Positions 51,881 to 64,000 of a DNA stretch of 64,000 nt are shown piece after piece. The stretch spans positions 33,170,001 through 33,234,000 of the forward strand of contig NC_087249.1 in NCBI RefSeq assembly GCF_037042905.1, in the 5' to 3' direction. Numbering within the stretch: the stretch's first letter is position 1; every line of letters starts with the position of its first letter. Under the pieces are notes generated by a model. The model searched no databases, was not told where the DNA came from, and was given only the letters and a program-made list of their open reading frames with translations. The DNA is from Lytechinus pictus (lineage: Eukaryota). Made by a program: the position numbers and the translations under genes.

Positions 51881-53889
51881 ATTGACTCTAAATTATAACT
51901 GCAAGATAAAGTACACCCTTATGATTTATGATATTGTACTTTAATTCTGCTATAAATGTTACACTGATGACAAGCACACTACACGAAACACGTAAATCTT
52001 GTGCCATGTTTACAAAGGAAGTGATAATTCATTTTTCACGCATCGCCTGCATCAATGTCAATTAAGTGGGCTTTACGCCATCAAGTCACAATCAGTGCTG
52101 TCTGCTTCACCATCTGTGTCACTATCCAATGCATTTCAGATTTTGCCCTACATTTTAAATAGTATACATGTAGGCCTACTGTACACGTTCATCTACAAAC
52201 TACATGTACAGTATGTTTGGGGCCGATGAAGTACACGCCTGATCTAAAATGCTACAGTAGTCATTCCAGTATAAAATCTGTATATATACATAGAAAAGTA
52301 GGCACGTACATGTACGTAGGTCCTACCATATTTTGAATTTCATTCACAGTATTATAGATCTATGAACAAAAAGAAATGCACTTTGAATCCTTTTTTTCCA
52401 TCCTCATCCTCAAGAAAAAAAAACTTAAAATGTCTTGAGGAAAAATTTGAAATCAGTATTGTCAGCAAAATATATCATTGGCAACTTTAAACCAAAATAT
52501 CTGATTTTGCATTTGATATTTAAGAAGGAAACAGCATACAGTTTTCAAACAATAAGGAAGTCCTGTCTTGAGTCTAGAATTCGCAAACACTCTCTATACA
52601 TGTATGTACTGTACATGATTTGAAAGTACACTGTTTACTATTTGCTGCACACTTGAAGAAAAAAAAGAGAGAGATTTCAGCAGTAAAGTTAATTTTCCTT
52701 CCTTTGAAATTACAAGTACACGCAGGTCTCCCTCCTGGCTACATGTACCTTCTTTATCAATCAGCAAGAAAAAAAGGTTTTCATGTACATATGATGTACA
52801 TATGTGATCGATCATACCGAAATGAGAGACAAGTCGCAAATCAAAATTCCTTGGAATTCGACACACAAATAAAAAAGTCAAAATTGTGAAGATTTTTTTT
52901 TTTTTCATTTTCTGATTCTTCCATGTTTCATAATTACTCTGTGAAAAAGATGAGTGAAATTGGTGACGGGAATATGATAAAAAATCAGTTTTTCTGCGAG
53001 TGTTTTTTTCGGTCAATTCGAAAAATTTCTGATACTTGGCACGTTCGACTTGATCGAATTTCGCTTCATACTAAGCTCCGCCCCTAGCAACGTATGCCAT
53101 TGTTGATTGGCTATTCATTGAAACTCGTGTACAGCTGGCGGCGGCCGCTCGCTCCATCGATCGATCGGTTCAATGATTCAGCTTCAAAAGAAAGATCAAA
53201 AGCATCGATTTCAATACGTATTCTGAAATTCAAAAGGGAGGCTTCTTGACAATAGTTAACAAACGGGATACAACTTCTAAAGGGTTATTTTTTGGTGATA
53301 ATAGTACCAGGCGGGGGTATTAGCGGTAGATTGATACCGGATTTAGAGTATTAGCCTGGCTATAATCGCGAAATAAAAGTCATGCAGAGACGCAAAGTAT
53401 TCAGAACACGGTTTGTTTGCGAGGATTAATTTCATTAAACATAACATGGACATGTTGAAGATTCTCTCCATCATTTGCAAGTGATCGGGATGTTTTCAAG
53501 AGAGAACATTTTCAAAAGAAAGGGTTTACAATCCTTAAAAGTATTGTTTGTTCGTGAATGTGAGTTAATTGATCTGCAGTATCTTTAACAAAAGAAACAA
53601 AATTTATGTAGAAAGCTTGGTGGGCTTCATTATTTCCAATTATTTATAATCAAGACATTGTTGCCCTCAATTTTTATCATGTTTGAATGAACGATAGAGA
53701 AAGCGAAAGAAATAACTGTACAAACAGAAAGTCTGAGACAGCTAACGTCGACCAATGAAAAATGGCCGAAACGACCATGCAGAAGGTTTAGTGCATTTTT
53801 TTGGATAAAGACATTGATTGAAAATATCAGTCATTTAAAATACACATATAAAAGTCATTGTCATGTTGTTCCATTCGACTGTGTCCAGA

Positions 53890-54710
53890 TCTATTCTCTC
53901 TTTCCCTCTCTCTTATTCTCTTACCTACTTCTTTCGTCTTTCTTGTGTTTTATTTCTTCCTTTCTTCCCCTCTCCCCCTTTTCGTTTGCTCTTATTATTC
54001 AGGTCATTCGGTCTCCTCTCTCTAACCCCTCCCCTATTCTATCTCATCCCCTTTCTCTTCTTTAATTCTTTCGTCCCTCTTAATCTGTTTTTCTTTCTTC
54101 CCTTTCGATCTTTTTTTTTTCTCTGCCGATTTTTCCCCCCTCCTTTCCTTCTTCTCTCTTGCCTTTTTTTCACCCTCCACTTTTTTTTCTCAATTTTTCC
54201 CCTTTTCTTCTTGTTTTCGTTTCTATTTACATAATTCTGTTTTTCGTTCTTCTCACCCTTCGATCTTCTCTCATTTTGCCGGTTTTCTTTCTTTTTTCCT
54301 TCTTTGTTTTCTCCCTCCCTCACCCACCGCCTTATTCCTCTTTTTTTCTTTCGTTCCTCTTTATATGATTATGTTTTCCTTCTTCCTCCCCCCTGCCCAT
54401 TCCCACCATCTTATTCCTCTCCCCCCTCCATTTCTTTTTCTTCTCCCCCGTCGATCTGCTCTCAATATTTTTAACCTCATTTCTTCCCCCTTTTTTCCTT
54501 CTTATTCCTCTCTCTTGCTCACCCCACCGTCTTATTCCTCATCCTTTTTCCTCTTATTTCTTTTGTTGTTCTGTATTATTCGTTCTTCTCCCCATTCGAT
54601 CTTCTATTTTTTTTCACAGCCGTTCTTTCTTCTTCCTCTTTCCTTCCCACGCGCGCCCATGCACCGTATTGTTCCTCCATTCTTCGTCTTATTTTTTAAA
54701 ATCCTCTTTA
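53890..54710. repeat. ~800-bp polypyrimidine low-complexity tract inside the 3.56-kb element
   Basis: C/T-dominated, with recurring CTTATTCCTC and TTCGATCT motifs. Confidence 0.9.
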
Positions 54711-54872
54711 TATGTTTGAGAGTGAACACATGCGAAAAAATATCGAACAGCTTTTATTGTTCTTCCTTTAATCATTCAATCTTACAAAGACATCATTGTT
54801 GCACAAGGCATTTGCAACAATCTTCTGATTCTTTATCTGTATTACTGCGTTAGAATATACATATTTTTTTTA

Positions 54873-55047
54873 AACAAGTGCACACCAAGCTACCAATAAT
54901 GCCTATAGAATTTCCATTTATTTGAAAGCAGGATAAAATAGCATTGCACATTAAATGCCTTGCTCACAGGCATAGGTGCCGCGGCCGGGATCGAACCCCG
55001 GACTTTTTATGTATAGCCAGGCGCCTTAGACCACTCGGCCACGGCAC
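54873..55047 (-). mobile_element. tRNA-derived SINE, left member of a head-to-head pair
   Basis: A box TGGCCGAGTGG, B box GGTTCGATCCC, body ..GTGAGCAAGGCA..GGTGTGCACTTGTT. Confidence 0.8.
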
Positions 55048-55098
55048 AACCAAAATATTGTTTGTGCTTGATATCGATCCGAAAATCAGCATTCGTGG

Positions 55099-55215
55099 AG
55101 GTGTCTGGCCGAGTGGTCCAAGGTGCCTGACTATACATAGGAAGCCCGGGGTTTATCCTGCATTCAAATAAGTGGAATGTTGTATGCATTATTGGTAACT
55201 AGGTGTGCACTTGTT
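55099..55215 (+). mobile_element. Internally deleted copy of the same SINE in opposite orientation
   Basis: TGGCCGAGTGGTCCAAGGTGCCTGACTATACATA..GGGGTT, then a deletion through the B box, then the same 3' end GGTGTGCACTTGTT. Confidence 0.78.
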
Positions 55216-56523
55216 AGTTTATAAAAATCTTAACTCCCCTAATCTATCCTTTGTTGGAAATAATTGTGGCGGGATTTTACTCAGGGTACCTCCTCGCTCT
55301 TTTTGTTGTAGAGTTAAGACGTTTATGCCAGGTTTTTTTTCCGGAATCAGTTTTAGAATCACTATAACTTTTTTTCATTAATATATCTTGGGGTTTTTTT
55401 TATACTAATTTTGAATCATTCCAATGCTGTAAATAATTATACCCCCCCCAACAAAAAAAAAGATCGATAATAGACGATATTGAGCAAATTATTCACGTTT
55501 TTTGTTCTCACTGCCTCAATCTAACATATAAGCATTCATAAAACATGATCACACAAGCCTTTCGTATAAAGATAAGGTTCAAATTGAAATATTTTGAAGG
55601 CTTATCTTACCATTTTACAACGGATAGTTCTTTTTATTAGAACATGCGGTTAAAGTTTAGGTCATAATGACTCGCTTGATAGATTACATGTGAGAGTAAA
55701 CGCGATCGACATTCAAACAACCGCATAGAGGCAATTTGCGGTATATGAAATTTTTATTATTATTTAATAAACAAGACGATGATACAATGAAAATCATTGG
55801 TATACTCCCTCCTCACTGGTTTTAGGTCCGACCTTTTCTCCCTGCCTTTTATTTCATTAAAAAGGGAGATCATGACAATTATGTCTTTCACGAATATAAT
55901 TATAAAACCCCAGTATAACTATGGAGCTATTACACTGCTCTGTATAGAAGATCAGTGGATTGACATATCGAACCAGAACATTAACTTTGTTTCGTCTTGC
56001 AGTCGCGCGTGACCTGCAAGTTCACTATTGTTCCAAATGCAGCCTCCTCATTGGTCAATCGTTTCGCCTTCTTTGGCAAGCGGTTGCTAGGACATTTCTG
56101 TTAGCTCGGCGGTGGCAAAATAGATTTTTTCATGGAGCGGATTCAAAACGGAAGTCAAACTTCGAAGGCGTTTTTCTCTTGATTTTTATTTTCAAAAGCC
56201 CAATTCTTCTTGCCTTCTAAGGCTAATATCTCCACTATTATTTACTCTTAAGGGTCGAGTGATATATCAAATTAAAGGTAAAGAAACGGAGAACAATAAT
56301 CACTACAAAACTTGGATTTGAAAAATTCCGAGTTGTCTCTCATTTCGGTATGACGAGTCACATATGTACATGTAAATGGCACGCATAATGTTGAAATAGT
56401 GGTTGGCAACAGGTCTACAACGGCTCATGCCAAAAAACCCTCAAAATGATGCATACTACTCAGTAGATCTAAGGACACTGCTGTACACTACATGTACATG
56501 TACTACATCTACTGTAGATCTAA

Positions 56524-57005
56524 TATGCTTTTCACACTGCACTTTTTGTCCTAAATTGGTGGGGCTAGGGGGGGGGGTCTTAGCCCACCAATTTCCCAGG
56601 GTTAAGCTTAGCCCACTTCGTTTTCACACTACGTTTTAATAGCAAAGTGGGCTAGCACGGTAAATAGTACAGTACTATCTGGCCCTGCAAAAAAGCAGGG
56701 TTAGCTGGCTTCACAATTGCGGTGCCAAGAGATGCAGTGTGAAACGAAACAGGGCTAAGCAAAAGCGGGGCTAAGCATTAGCCAATCACAGAAGTCGAAA
56801 TTGCACGTTAATCGCGCTCTGTATGGTAAAATCATCAATATTTATGAGCTGTGTGATTGCCTGGGGTTAAGGCGTTAACCCCGGCTAAGCAATAGTACGG
56901 GGTTAAGAAAGACAGTGTGAATAAAAAAAAAAGATAGTATGGGGTTAAGGATAGTCCGGGGTTAAGGATAGTATGGGGTTAAGGAAATGCAGTGTGAAAA
57001 GCATA
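56524..57005. mobile_element. Harbinger-like MITE with internal GGGGTTAAG repeats
   Basis: TAA|TATGCTTTTCACACTGCA...TGCAGTGTGAAAAGCATA|TTA, a perfect inverted repeat. Confidence 0.82.
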
Positions 57006-57820
57006 TTAGTGGGCTCAGGGCGATTTAGCCCCTGAAAATGCTAATTAATGAAAGAGCCCTGGATAATCTCCATTCATTGCAATGTTAAAATGTTGCAGAT
57101 TTAGGCATTAAGGTGTGAAAAGTACTTACATGTAGTCCCCCCCAAAAAAAAAAAATTGTCAGGATATAGGCTTACATGTATATGTACATGTAAATGTACC
57201 TGTTGTGTCAAATACATCATATAAAAGAAATTACGAATAAAGTACATGTATGGCAATTTTAAAACATTGGATGTGATACAGCTCTAGCTTTGCAACAAAA
57301 CTTGAACATTGTATACATGTATCCCTTTTCCGACACATGTTGATTGAATTTGGTGGCTCATTGCCATTTGTGTACAGAATTAATTTCCCTTATTTAAAGT
57401 GAAGGCTAGTTCATTTGTGACTAATTGTCACTAAATTATATAAATTACCTGCATTATTTGTCTGTTTGGCTGCAACAGTACATCCAAAGTACAGTACAAT
57501 TAGATAATGATCTTCAAATTGCAGTTACATGTACATGTAAAAGTTTCAATTGAATTAACCATTTGATTTCTGTGAAATGACAACATGTTCATGTAACCCA
57601 ATGTACATTTATGTTAATGTATCCTGAAAATCAAGGCACATATCCTCCTCTTTTTTTCCTTTTTTTTTTGGTGTTAAAAGAAAAGTTGTAAGATAAACAT
57701 GTGGTCTGAAAGGCTATAGAATATAGGTCCAAATTTGACATCTAGAGAGAAAAATATTATTTTTCCCTTGTACATGTACATGTAATATCTCACAGAAAAT
57801 GAATTGTGTTGGTTACAACT

Positions 57821-58119
57821 GGGCCCCGTCTTAAAAGAGTTACGATTGATCTAGTCAACCACAACTACGGAAAGCCAGCAATGTCAACATCACAAATTAT
57901 GCATGTTTGTTCAAAATATTTTCTAATTTGCTATATATTCATACTTTCATTGCTTTTTTTTGACAATTCAGTGTGCTTTTCTTTGTTTAACATAAGACAT
58001 TGTGCAAATTTCTGGAAGCAAAAATTATAACAATGATGGATTTCCATATACATGTATGTACTGTACATGTAGATGAGAGTAATTGGATCAATCGGAACTC
58101 TTTGTATAAAGACGGAGCC
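57821..58119. mobile_element. Degraded MITE
   Basis: GGGCCCCGTCTTAAAAGAGTTACGATTGATC / GATCAATCGGAACTCTTTGTATAAAGACGGAGCC, imperfect TIRs. Confidence 0.65.
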
Positions 58120-58526
58120 TTGGGATGGTCACTAGGAAGAAGCAATATTACATAAAATAAATATTGTACATGTACATGTACATGTAGCAACTGAAAGGCA
58201 GGGTAACAGAGCCAACTTTCTGTCAGCTACATGTACCAGTTTCAGCTCAGTTTACATACATATCAATATTTCATGCAGAGATTGCAATCCTATGAATACC
58301 CCTTCATATATAAAAACATTGAATTAAATATTTCAAAACTGAAATAATTCAATGGGCACAGATTTTCTGTGATAAGTGCCTAGTATTATTAGTGGGTCAG
58401 CATGATTTACAGAACTAATCTGTGATGATTAAGAGCTGCGACAGAGATCTACAGCGTACATAATGTAGCCACTGTAAGGCCAACTGGATTCTGCCCAAAT
58501 GAAACATATCCTGACTGAATCTTTAA

Positions 58527-59110
58527 AGGAGAATGAAACCCTTGAAACCAGCTGAATCCATATCAAAGAGAAAAATCAAAGAAACATATTGTTGAAAGTT
58601 TGAGGAAGATTGAATGAATAATAAGAAAGTTATGAGCATTTGAATATTGAGATTACTAATGCCATGTAGATCCTCCTATTGGCAATGCGATTAAGATCTG
58701 TGATGTCACACACGTACAACTCCCTCATTACTTTAGTACATATTTCACTTATTTTCTCACTTTTATAGAGTCTATCACAAGGTGAGGTGTTCTCTTTATG
58801 AGAGGACAAGTACAGAGGTTTCACAACATTATATCATTGATGAATCGTTTGTCATATGATTAGAATGAGCAAAAAGAGATGTTTTGGGGTATATTTTCAG
58901 CGTCCAAAAGGGGAGAGTTGTTCATCAGTGACATCATAGATCTTGGTCGCATTGCCAATGGGAGGATCTCCATAGCATTAGTGATCTCGACATTCAAATG
59001 CTCATAACTCTTCTATTGCTAGTCCTATTTTACTCAAACTTTTGTTGATCTTATTCTTTGATTTTTCTGCTTTCACAAAAGCTAACTTGCTCCAAGAGTT
59101 TCATTCTCCT
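58527..59110. mobile_element. Kolobok-like MITE family A, copy 3
   Basis: Intact TIRs and TTAA on both sides. Confidence 0.9.
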
Positions 59111-59508
59111 TTAATATGACAGGGAACTACAGTATGCAAGTTCTTGAGATGTCTGTGACTCTGACAATACAGTCAAAATTGAGATGAATCAAAATAGCAG
59201 TAGAATACCGCTATTAAATGGAGAGGGTGTGTGGATGATAATGGGAAAAAGTGAAGCTATATTAGATGTACATATTTTGTACATGTAGGTACATGTAGAG
59301 CCAATCAAACTGTTTTTAAACTCATAGCCTACTGTCTGCATTTATATGAATCCATAATTATAATATAATGCACACATTATGTGTTTATAGGTGCTGGAGC
59401 CTGGCGAGTACGCATGTCATTATTGGAGGTACATGTATGCTTTTGCTGTTGTCTAGGGCATTCCTCCTATTAAATTTCATTGCTTTTCAGGCTCTAGTAC
59501 AAATTTAA

Positions 59509-59902
59509 AGATAAATTCCAGTTTTGGTAACGAACTCAAAATGACTTTTTACAGAATCTAATATAATGACCACCCAAGTGTCTGTTTGTATGAATAAAAA
59601 ATATGTGCCAAAGGATTCTGGAAGAAATTGTGTAATTGCTGAGAAATAAGCAAAATAAGCGCGGATTCTGTCACTTCCGTCGGGTCTTTATTCCAGCAAT
59701 AATAATACACTGTCCCACGTGTGCCTATCTGTGTTGGTGATCTTCAGTGTGAACATTTTTCAGCGTAGATTTCAAGATTTCACAAAGTTCAGTTTATGTA
59801 ACTGTACCAGATCTAGATCCTCGATGATATACTGACAATTAAGCCTGGTTTTACAGACTTTCTCATGAAATCAGTGTTTACTGCAAATACTGGCATTTCT
59901 CT
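59509..59902. mobile_element. Kolobok-like element family B, copy 3
   Basis: High identity to 1599-2003; TTAA on both sides. Confidence 0.85.
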
Positions 59903-60984
59903 TTAAGTTGTTTTCGTGCTCAGTTATCATTTGTATGTATATTCTTTAGTCAGTCCGGCATGGGTACATTCAAATTCTTCCCAATATCCCTCTTTATTTC
60001 TTTTATCTTGCCTGGCAATACACACTGTACTTGTTAATAATATGTTGAATGTGTTTTATTTGAATTTTAACAATGTGTAACTTTATATGTTTATACCAGA
60101 ATGTGCAATACTCTCTCAGTGGTTTTTCTAGTGAGGGCTCGCATGCCTCTGGGCAATAGTACTGAATTTTACTTTTGCGAGCCCTGGCCCATGGAAAAAC
60201 CATTTTCTTACTCTTTTTTTCTTTTCTTTCATTTCTACTTTTAAAATAAATAAATAAAAAATCGATTTCAAATTATATTTTTGTATTGTACAATGTTTGT
60301 ATATTTTTTTATGGCCAAATAAATAATAATAATAATAATAACATCTTTGGAATGACATAGGCCTACATGTAGATTAAATTGATTTTGATGACAGATGAAA
60401 TTCCATTTGTAAAGCATTATTTGATTATGGTATCTCCTTCTTTTTTACTTAATTTAAAAAGGAATTTTTCAACACTTTTTACTGTAGGATATCAATTATT
60501 TGAACTTGGTACTAACATACATGTAATTCATAAACTACCTCACTCCTAAAAAAAATTGTTTTCCAATGCACTGAGAATACTAATCTTGGATTTAAGCTTG
60601 CTTGGATAATAGTTGCATCATATATCAAAGATCAGTGGCGGCCGCACAGAAGCGTTGTAAGCATAACAAAACGCTATTAAAACAGTAGGGCCAGTCACAT
60701 CTTTCACGGGCGACACCACCTAGACGCATTGTTTTCACGATTAACAGAGCACTAAAAACAGGAGGCCAATCGGTATCGATAAACTCACAGAAGCTTAGCC
60801 GAATTCCTAATAATCTAACAATAAAAAGCCCAGCATAAGCTAACAGTGGCGCTAATGTTAATACAAATCGCTAACAGTGCCAAGGGCACCAATAGTGACG
60901 ATGTTAACTGTGAATAATTTCTCCTTTTAAAACTTGTCTCACTTTCTTATACCAAGTAATTTGAAATAGACTCGACCGAATCAA

Positions 60985-61530
60985 AGGGGTATTCCGGGCC
61001 CACACAAGAATATATGAATAAATAGAGTAAAATTAGATGAGCACATTGATGATAATTTCATCAAAATCTGATAAAAAATAACAAAATTCTTGAATATTAA
61101 AAATTTAACACTGTATTTTGCAAATGATAATACTGAGCAGCATGTGGCCATGAATATGCAATAATAAAATGGAACGATGATGCCATATCCTCTAGCTCTT
61201 TCCTCTTTTTCTGATTTTATTGAAATGAACTCATAATTGTCTTGAATGTGTGCATGTCACCCGAGTAACAAAATGATGATCTTTGAAGCAATATTCTGGG
61301 TGGACAAAATTCAAATAAACCTAATTTTGTATGATACAACATACCCTCATTGCATATTCCTGAAGACATGAAATATAATTCACCGAAATAGGGCCTAATT
61401 AATGCAAAATTTTAAGATAGCATAATTTTTTGTATTCATTTTCAATTATATTATTAATTTATCAGTGTTTTGTTTCTCTCACTTAATAACTGTTCAAACC
61501 ATATTATTTTCTCCAGCCTGAAATACCCCT
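60985..61530. mobile_element. Degraded Kolobok-like MITE family E, second copy
   Basis: AGGGGTATTCCGGGC...GCCTGAAATACCCCT|TTAA; shares the subterminal tagagtaaaatt..tgagca..a segment with 2861-3243. Confidence 0.6.
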
Positions 61531-61950
61531 TTAAGAATGGGTATAGCGGAAGATGTTGATTAGTGCCAAGATATGATCCTTTTCATCAAGATTTTTTTCT
61601 TCCAAGATATATCATTTTTTAAAAGTCTTTGAAGACATTTTTAAGAATAGACCCTACATTAGAAAGAAGAACAATAGCTGATGAAATTTGTCGCATGATA
61701 ATCATCATTGGCAAATACTCTTTCATGAGCTTGATTATTGAGTGAAGTCTGCGAAGAGCATTTTCAAACAAAATAAACTGATGAAAAGTCGGATTGCATT
61801 TTCTTTTGGTACAGAATCTCCATCGTAATATCAATTCATAATAGGCTAATTTTCTTGATCTTTTTTCAATCTTATTCGATATTTTTAAAATTAAATTAGT
61901 AAATTATAAATATATATTTACTACTTACTGTCATTTCATGTTTAAAATAT

Positions 61951-62890
61951 AACTAGAGATGCTCGGTGGGTCGCACGGCCGAGCACATGTATCCCCCGAA
62001 CCCACCGCGTCATCCGTCATTGCGTATATAGAGCTCACACAGATATTCAACAAATAAATACAATTGTCATGGCGACAATGACCCTGACCACATTTTGCCT
62101 GTGGGTACCAAATTTGATGACAATAATATGACGTAGCAGCATGACTCTGCAGAACCTAAAATATTGTCCAGTATCACCTGTTGGGGAATACAATTATAGA
62201 GTAATCTGGATATATTTTATAAACCTAACCCTAAGACCCCCCGACAAAAATTATAGGCATCTTCGCTTCACCTTCTAATATTGCTTCTGTGTGCCAACTG
62301 TTACATGTATGACAAACCGGAAAAAAAGCAGAAGTTACAGGTTTTACCAAATTTTCCACAAAAATATGGTTACCATGGCAACCATGTCTCCACCCACTCC
62401 AAAATCATTAGCCAGCTTTGCTTTACCATAATAAACCTTCATGACAAATCAGAAGATAATTGGAGAAGAAATGCAGCCAGTAAAGCACTCACAAGGAAAT
62501 CTCTTCTATTTCCACAAAAACTCTTGTTACCATGGCAACGATGTCATCGCCCACACCAAAATCAATAGGCGGCTTTGCTTTACCATAATGGACCTTCATG
62601 CCACATTTGAAGATGATCGGAGAAGAAATGCAGCTGGTAGAGTGCTCACAAGGACATCTCTGCTATTTCCACAAAAAAACTTGTTACCATGGCAACGATG
62701 TCTCCGCCCACACCAAAATCGATAGGCTTCTTCGCTATACCATACTCAACCTTCATGCCAAATTTGAAGATGATCGGAGAAGAAATGCAGCTCATAGAGC
62801 GCTCACAAGGAAATATCTGCGGCGGACGCGGCGGCGGGACGAGGCCAAATCCATAGTATCCTCCGAACTCTGCTCGGGGGATACAATAAT
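61951..62890. mobile_element. Second Helentron-type element with a 157-bp tandem array
   Basis: Subterminal IR TGTATCCCCCGA (61988-61999) / TCGGGGGATACA (62874-62885); terminal hairpin; GCGGCGGAC microsatellite; TACCATGGCA recurs at 62371, 62528 and 62685. Confidence 0.82.
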
Positions 62891-63871
62891 ATTTAATGAA
62901 ATTTTTGTAGGCCTATAATACATTACATTCCTTTACCCTTTCCTAGACAAGATTTTAAACTTGTAGGATGTGCAAATAATCATGACTAAATCTCAAGTTA
63001 AATCTAGAATAGATCACTACGCACAAATTACAGATTTTGCCTGACTCAAATCCCCTAACAACACTCGCGCCTAACGGCGCCCTAACAGTGCTTTCTGCGC
63101 CTTCTGTGCGATCATTCTACCCATGTTGCTAGTAGCCGATTCGTTAAAGAATAATGACAGATTGTGATGTCAAGCCACAATCTTTGATCCCAGATGTAAA
63201 TAATGCATTAATAGCTCCATGCTTTGACATTAGCCATCGCGGCAAGATTACCGGTTGTAACAGGGCCCTTTGTTAGCGCAGTGTTAGCGCAATGTTACCT
63301 AAACAGTGTTTCTGTGCGGCCGATACAGAATGTTCTGAATTTACATTGCATATTTTCAGTATCAAGGTCATTTCCCATATTCATTTTTGTGAATGAATTT
63401 AGTACCTTCCTTGGGTCTCTTTCACAATGACTGGCAGATAGAAAGTGTATTCTCTATTTGTATTTCCTTTCGTCATGGGAACAATATGATATACATAAAT
63501 TCTTCATTAACCCCACATTTTCAAATAAATTCATCACAGCAATTCTACATGTAAAAAAAATCAATCTTGCATTTTATTCAATGATGCATTTCTGTTTCAT
63601 AATTTATGGTATGGGTAGCACATAATGTACATAGTTTTACAATACGTCCATGGAATTACCTGATCAAAGGTAGATTTCACATATCAATGAGCTCAACCAC
63701 AATCTGATTGATGACATTAATAAAATATTAATATGTTTTTCTATCTAATTTTTAAAATCACATTTGGATAGTTTGTTTACATTCTATTATTCTACACTGT
63801 TAACAATAATGAACAACTTCCAAACTCATTTCCCTCCTAAAGATCTAAGGACAAGTGAAATATTTACTTAC

Positions 63872-64000
63872 CGGACAGAGATTGGTGCTGTCTGCAATGT
63901 ACTTCCCAATATGTTTAGCTTCGGCTGACACAGAGATACACAGTAGGAGAGCATCCCGAGCCTGTTGACCCATTAACCCTTCTCGATGGATGTAAGGGAT
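63872..64000 (-). CDS. FHIP1: FHIP1 coding exon, truncated by the window edge
   Basis: IPYIHREGLMGQQARDALLLCISVSAEAKHIGKYIADSTNLCP|gtaagt; the HREG..GQQARDALL motif of FAM160A. Phase 0 joins VLAGGL. Confidence 0.95.

Larger units (their letters stand above)
52803..56362. mobile_element. 3.56-kb non-coding TIR element with TGTGA..TCACA termini and TA flanks
   Basis: Left end TGTGATCGATCATACCGAAATGAGAGACAAGTCG versus reverse-complemented right end TGTGACTCGTCATACCGAAATGAGAGACAACTCG. Interior is more CpG-rich than the flanks; no transposase ORF. Confidence 0.8.

Noticed and set aside
53814-54853. Overlapping ORFs of up to 162 aa
   Set aside because: They are products of the polypyrimidine tract and show no domain-like content.
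62281-62918. Three overlapping repetitive ORFs, and a possible CRISPR-like periodicity
   Set aside because: These are 157-bp tandem units of a Helentron-type element; there are no unique spacers or cas genes, and the DNA is eukaryotic.
1-64000. An autonomous transposase, reverse transcriptase or prokaryote-type defence system
   Set aside because: No ORF with DDE, RT, Rep/helicase, recombinase or Cas motifs was seen; all long coding signal belongs to the two host genes.

Overview
AT-rich, intron-rich animal genomic DNA, probably from an invertebrate deuterostome such as a sea urchin. That assignment is an inference from the repeat landscape and from the presence of a nicotinamidase, which vertebrates lack. 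Two spliced genes lie in tandem on the minus strand. (1) The 3' part of an FHIP1/FAM160A-family gene (FTS-Hook-FHIP complex): nine phase-consistent coding exons from 64000 down to the stop at 22281, plus a likely 39-nt cassette exon and possibly a very long (~7.8 kb) 3' UTR. (2) The 5' part of an EF-hand nicotinamidase (Naam/PNC1-like): four coding exons from the ATG at 12171 down to 463, with a GC-AG third intron. Introns are packed with non-autonomous transposons: TTAA-flanked Kolobok-like MITEs, 8-bp-TSD CCCGGG elements, Tc1/mariner- and Harbinger-like MITEs, two Helentron-type elements with internal tandem arrays, tRNA-derived SINEs, a 3.56-kb TGTGA..TCACA element and a 1.27-kb foldback palindrome. 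There is one 202-nt assembly gap. Almost all ORFs in the supplied track are spurious. The most unusual signal is a strong excess of palindromic TA-NN-N'N'-TA octamers (TACATGTA, TAGGCCTA, TACCGGTA, TAGATCTA). They look like accumulated, sometimes stacked, excision footprints of TA-targeting transposons and are nearly absent from the putative 3' UTR.
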